From positions 1,725,087 to 1,789,086 of the forward strand of contig CAWCGI010000005.1 in the NCBI GenBank assembly GCA_963795065.1: a DNA stretch of 64,000 nucleotides. Direction: 5' to 3'. The DNA comes from an uncultured Actinomycetota bacterium. GTDB lineage: Bacteria > Actinomycetota > Actinomycetes > Propionibacteriales > Nocardioidaceae. The position numbers were made by a program, and so were the translations under genes. This document shows, one piece after another, positions 60,649 through 64,000 of the stretch. The notes beneath the pieces are model-generated. The model did not search any database, was not told the DNA's origin, and saw nothing but the letters and a program-made list of their open reading frames with translations. The first letter of the stretch is position 1. Each line of letters starts with the position of its first letter.

Positions 60649-62457
60649 TCAGTCGATGCGTGGACTGTTCGCCAGCAGCTTGCGGGTGTAGTCCTCGCGA
60701 GCGGAGTCCATCACCTCGACGACCGAGCCCGCCTCGACGACCCGGCCGGCGTTGAGGATCTGCACCCGGTCCGCGATGGAGCGCACGAGTGCGAGGTTGT
60801 GGGTCACGAACAGCATGCTGATGCCGCGCGAGACGCGCAGCGACTCCAGCAGCGAGACGATGGAGCCCTGGACCGACACGTCCAGCGCGGAGGTGATCTC
60901 GTCGCAGACCAGGACGTCGGGCTCTGCCGCCAGCGCCCGGGCGATGGCCACCCGTTGGCGTTCGCCACCGGAGAGTCTGCTCGCCTGGTACTTGAGCACT
61001 GCGGGGCCGAGCGCCACCTGGTCCAGCAGCTCGATCACCCGCTCCGTGGCTGCCTTGCCGGAGGCGATCCCGAACAGCTCCATCGGGCGTTTGACGATCT
61101 GCTCGATGGTGAGCCGCGGGTTCAGGGAGAGATACGGGTTCTGGAAGATGTACTGGATCCGCTTCCGGTCCTCCGCACTGCGCTTGCGGGAGCCGTGGCC
61201 GAGCTGCTTGCCCTCGAAGCTGATCCCGCCGGTCCACTCCTTGTGCAGGCCGCCGACGCAGCGGGAGATGGTGGTCTTGCCCGAGCCTGACTCACCGACC
61301 AGCGCGACCACCTCGGCCTTGCCCAGGTCGAAGGTGACGTCGAAGACGACCTGCTTGCGACCGTAGAAGACCCCGAGGTTCTCGAGGCTGAGGATGATGT
61401 CTCGCGGCTTGCCCGGATCGGTGTCCGCGGCCGCGCCCCGGGAGATGTCCCAGCTCCCGATGTCGCCGACCCGGATGCACCGCACCTCGTGGCCCGGAGT
61501 GACCTCGCGCAGTGCGGGCACGTCGTGCCTGCACTCGTCGATCGCGAACTCACAGCGGTCGTTGAAGCGGCATCCGTCCGGCCGGGCTCCGGGGGCCGGC
61601 GTCCGGCCCGGGATGCCGGTGAGGTGACGGGCCTGGCTGAGGTGGGGGATCGAGTCGAGCAGGGCCCGGGTGTAGGGGTGCGTCGGCGAGCCGAAGATCG
61701 TGTCCCGGTCCCCGAGCTCGGCGATCTGGCCGGCGTACATCACCGCGACGCGATCGGCGATGTTGGCGATCACCGCGAGGTCGTGGGTCACGTAGAGGGC
61801 GGCGACCCCGTGGGAGCGGCACAGCGCGCTCATGGTCTGCAGCACCATGCCCTGCGTGGTGACGTCGAGGCCGGTGGTCGGCTCGTCGAGCACGAGCACC
61901 TTCGGCTTGGGCAGGAACGCCATCGCGAGCGCGACCCGCTGGACCTGGCCGCCCGAGAGCTGGTGGGAGTAGCGGCTGAGGAACTCGTCGTCGTTGGGCA
62001 GGCCGACCTCGGCCAGTCCTTCGCGCGCTCCCTGCATCCGGCTCTCGGTCGTCCCGAGTCCGCGCAGCTCCATCAGCTCGACGATCTGGCGGCCGATCCG
62101 GATGCTCGGGTTCAGGGCCGAGGCCGGGTCCTGCGGGACGTAGGCGATCTCCTCGCCGCGGAGCTGCCGCACCTGCCGCCAGGGCAGCTCGAGCACGTCC
62201 TTCTCCTCGTACATGATCTTGCCGCGCTCGATCAGGGCCCCCGCCCGGGTGTAGCCGAGCAGGGCGGTGCCGACGGTGGTCTTGCCGCTGCCGGACTCAC
62301 CGACCAGGCCGACCACCTCGCCGGGGTGGAGCACCAGGTCGATGTCGTCGACGACGTCGACGCCAGGACGTGCGGTGAGACCGATGCGGAGGTCCTCGAT
62401 CGCGATGCCGGTCGTGGTGCGGGCCGTCGTGGGCTCAGGGGCGGGAGGGCTGCTCAC
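60649..62457 (-). CDS. ABC transporter ATP-binding protein, fused double ATPase (dipeptide/oligopeptide type)
   Basis: Walker A GESGSGKTT twice. Signature motifs LSGGQVQR and LSGGERQR. Walker B LVLDEPT and LVCDEIT. Confidence 0.92.
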   Translation of the reverse strand: MSSPPAPEPTTARTTTGIAIEDLRIGLTARPGVDVVDDIDLVLHPGEVVGLVGESGSGKTTVGTALLGYTRAGALIERGKIMYEEKDVLELPWRQVRQLRGEEIAYVPQDPASALNPSIRIGRQIVELMELRGLGTTESRMQGAREGLAEVGLPNDDEFLSRYSHQLSGGQVQRVALAMAFLPKPKVLVLDEPTTGLDVTTQGMVLQTMSALCRSHGVAALYVTHDLAVIANIADRVAVMYAGQIAELGDRDTIFGSPTHPYTRALLDSIPHLSQARHLTGIPGRTPAPGARPDGCRFNDRCEFAIDECRHDVPALREVTPGHEVRCIRVGDIGSWDISRGAAADTDPGKPRDIILSLENLGVFYGRKQVVFDVTFDLGKAEVVALVGESGSGKTTISRCVGGLHKEWTGGISFEGKQLGHGSRKRSAEDRKRIQYIFQNPYLSLNPRLTIEQIVKRPMELFGIASGKAATERVIELLDQVALGPAVLKYQASRLSGGERQRVAIARALAAEPDVLVCDEITSALDVSVQGSIVSLLESLRVSRGISMLFVTHNLALVRSIADRVQILNAGRVVEAGSVVEVMDSAREDYTRKLLANSPRID

Positions 62458-63329
62458 TGGTCCTCACCTCCTCGCTGTGAGAGCTGCGCGATGCCGTCAG
62501 CCATCAGGTTGGTGCCGATGGTGAACAGGCCGATCACCGCGACAGGTGTGAGGACGGACCAGATCTGGGTGGCCATCGCCAGCCGGTTCTCGTTGATCAT
62601 CTGGCCCCAGTTGGCCGAACCCGGGTCGGTGGTGAAGCCGAGGAATCCCAGCGCGGCCACCAGGGTGATCGAGAACGTGAGCCGGAGGCCGGCCTCGGCC
62701 AGCAGCGGTGCGTTCATGTTCGGCAGCACCTCGGCCACGATCACGCGGCTGCGTCGCTCGCCCAGCGCCTCGGCCGAGTGGACGAAGTCGCGCGAGACGA
62801 TGCCCAGGGCGACCCCGCGGGCGATGCGGGCCGTGCGTGGAGCGTTGGAGAGGCCGACGAGCACGATGATCATCCAGGCCCTGGGCTGGTTGACCGCGGT
62901 GAGCACGACCAGGGCGAGCAGGATCTGCGGGAAGGCGAGCAGCACGTCGTTGAGGCGCATGATCACCTCGTCCCACCAGCCACCGGCGTACGCCGCGACC
63001 ACGCCGATGAGGGTGCCGGCCACCATGCTGATCACGGTGCCGGTCACCGCGATGATGAGCAGCTGGGTGCCGCCGTACATCAGCCGGGACAGGACGTCGT
63101 TGCCCAGGTAGTCGGTCCCGAAGACGCCTTGCGAGGAGAAGGGCGCGCCGACCACCTCGTTCTCGCCGTGGGGTGCGAAGAGGGGACCGAAGATCGCGAA
63201 CAGCACGATCAGCAGCGTGAGGCCGCCGCCGAAGACGAACCGCTTCTGTCGCACCGCACGTTGCCAGGTCGAGAGCGTGGTCGGATCCTGGGCCGGGGTC
63301 GGGGTGGCGGACCCTGCTGCTGCGCTCAT
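62454..63329 (-). CDS. ABC transporter permease (DppC/OppC type)
   Basis: Six TM helices with EAA-like loop SRDFVHSAEALGERRSRVIVAEVLPN. 4-nt overlaps with both neighbouring genes. Confidence 0.9.
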   Translation of the reverse strand: MSAAAGSATPTPAQDPTTLSTWQRAVRQKRFVFGGGLTLLIVLFAIFGPLFAPHGENEVVGAPFSSQGVFGTDYLGNDVLSRLMYGGTQLLIIAVTGTVISMVAGTLIGVVAAYAGGWWDEVIMRLNDVLLAFPQILLALVVLTAVNQPRAWMIIVLVGLSNAPRTARIARGVALGIVSRDFVHSAEALGERRSRVIVAEVLPNMNAPLLAEAGLRLTFSITLVAALGFLGFTTDPGSANWGQMINENRLAMATQIWSVLTPVAVIGLFTIGTNLMADGIAQLSQRGGEDQ

Positions 63330-64000
63330 GAGGAGATCGCCGTCCGTGCGCGGGGGGTGAGCAGGATCGAGAGCAGGTCGGCCACCAGGTTCACCACGAC
63401 GTAGACCGCCGCGATGATCATGCTGAGTGCCTGGACCATGGGGACGTCGTGGTTGCGGACCGAGTCGACGAGGCGGAACCCGACGCCGGGATAGTTGAAC
63501 AGCGTCTCCACGATCACGATGCCACCGGCCAGCCAGGCCAGCTGCAACGCGATCACCTGGATGCCCGGCACGACGGCGTTGAGCAGGGCGTGCTTGCGCA
63601 TCACGACTTTCTCCGGGATGCCCTTGAGCCGGGCCAGCTCCACGTAGTCGCTGTCCAGCACCTCGAGCAGGGTGGAGCGCACGATCCGGGAGACGTACGG
63701 CGCCACCGCGAGGACCAGCGTGGCCACCGGCAGGATCATCGACTGCGGCTCGTCCCAGGGGCTTCCGTCCGCGCCGGTCAGGGTCACGGCGGGGAGCACC
63801 TTGAAGACCGTGGTCGAGAACAGGGCGACCAACAGGATCCCGGTCACGAACTCAGGGAGCCCGGCGAGGGCCAGCAGGATCGTCTGGATGACGGTGTCGG
63901 GCCGCCGACGGCGGTAGTTCGCCGAGATCATCGCGATGCCGAAAGCGAGCGGGATCATCACGATGGCCGAGATCAGCACCAGCACCAGGGTGTTGAGCAC
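63326..64000 (-). CDS. ABC transporter permease (DppB/OppB type), 5' end outside window
   Basis: The ORF is open to the window edge. Contains DSDYVELARLKGIPEKVVMRKHALLNAVVPG, the conserved permease loop. Confidence 0.9.
   Translation of the reverse strand: MLNTLVLVLISAIVMIPLAFGIAMISANYRRRRPDTVIQTILLALAGLPEFVTGILLVALFSTTVFKVLPAVTLTGADGSPWDEPQSMILPVATLVLAVAPYVSRIVRSTLLEVLDSDYVELARLKGIPEKVVMRKHALLNAVVPGIQVIALQLAWLAGGIVIVETLFNYPGVGFRLVDSVRNHDVPMVQALSMIIAAVYVVVNLVADLLSILLTPRARTAISS

Overview
This window is a high-G+C actinobacterial chromosomal core region, with codon third positions almost always G/C. That bias also produces many long, spurious antisense ORFs. Gene order follows the conserved actinobacterial backbone: thrS-HIT-pgsA, pdxS-pdxT, yebC, ruvCAB, yajC-secDF, apt-relA, hisS, aspS, rarA, alaS-ruvX-mltG-aroE and aroCKBQ.

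Before that, the first 16 kb holds more variable genes:
- pgm, an acyl-CoA dehydrogenase and a YihY-family membrane protein
- an RCK potassium channel
- a secreted PT-linker glycoside-hydrolase-like protein
- a stand-alone ANTAR protein and a NarL-type two-component pair
- a Val/Cys/Gly tRNA cluster plus a second tRNA-Val
- ssgB and a hybrid histidine kinase

Two peptide-type ABC transporters are also present. I saw no rRNA, CRISPR array, transposase, integrase, phage or recognisable defence genes, and I cannot point to a convincing novel multi-gene system.

The most striking feature is at least 14 single-base frameshifts in recognisable, mostly essential genes: thrS, pdxT, yebC, ruvC, apt, alaS, mltG, a prepilin peptidase, an AlaDH/PNT-like gene and an esterase. 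Nearly all sit in short homopolymers, so they look like assembly or sequencing indels rather than true gene decay. They generate artefactual fused ORFs in the track.

Secondary leads:
- a 32-bp tandem-repeat array after relA
- an AT-rich, hairpin-packed spacer splitting pdxS and pdxT
- three phased TGGTCTA repeats upstream of ssgB
- a structured intergenic region at 6.66-7.0 kb
- a PIG-L deacetylase/methyltransferase fusion translationally coupled to aroQ
- a PH-domain gene inverted inside an ABC operon

All functional calls come from reading the translations by eye; no database search was run.
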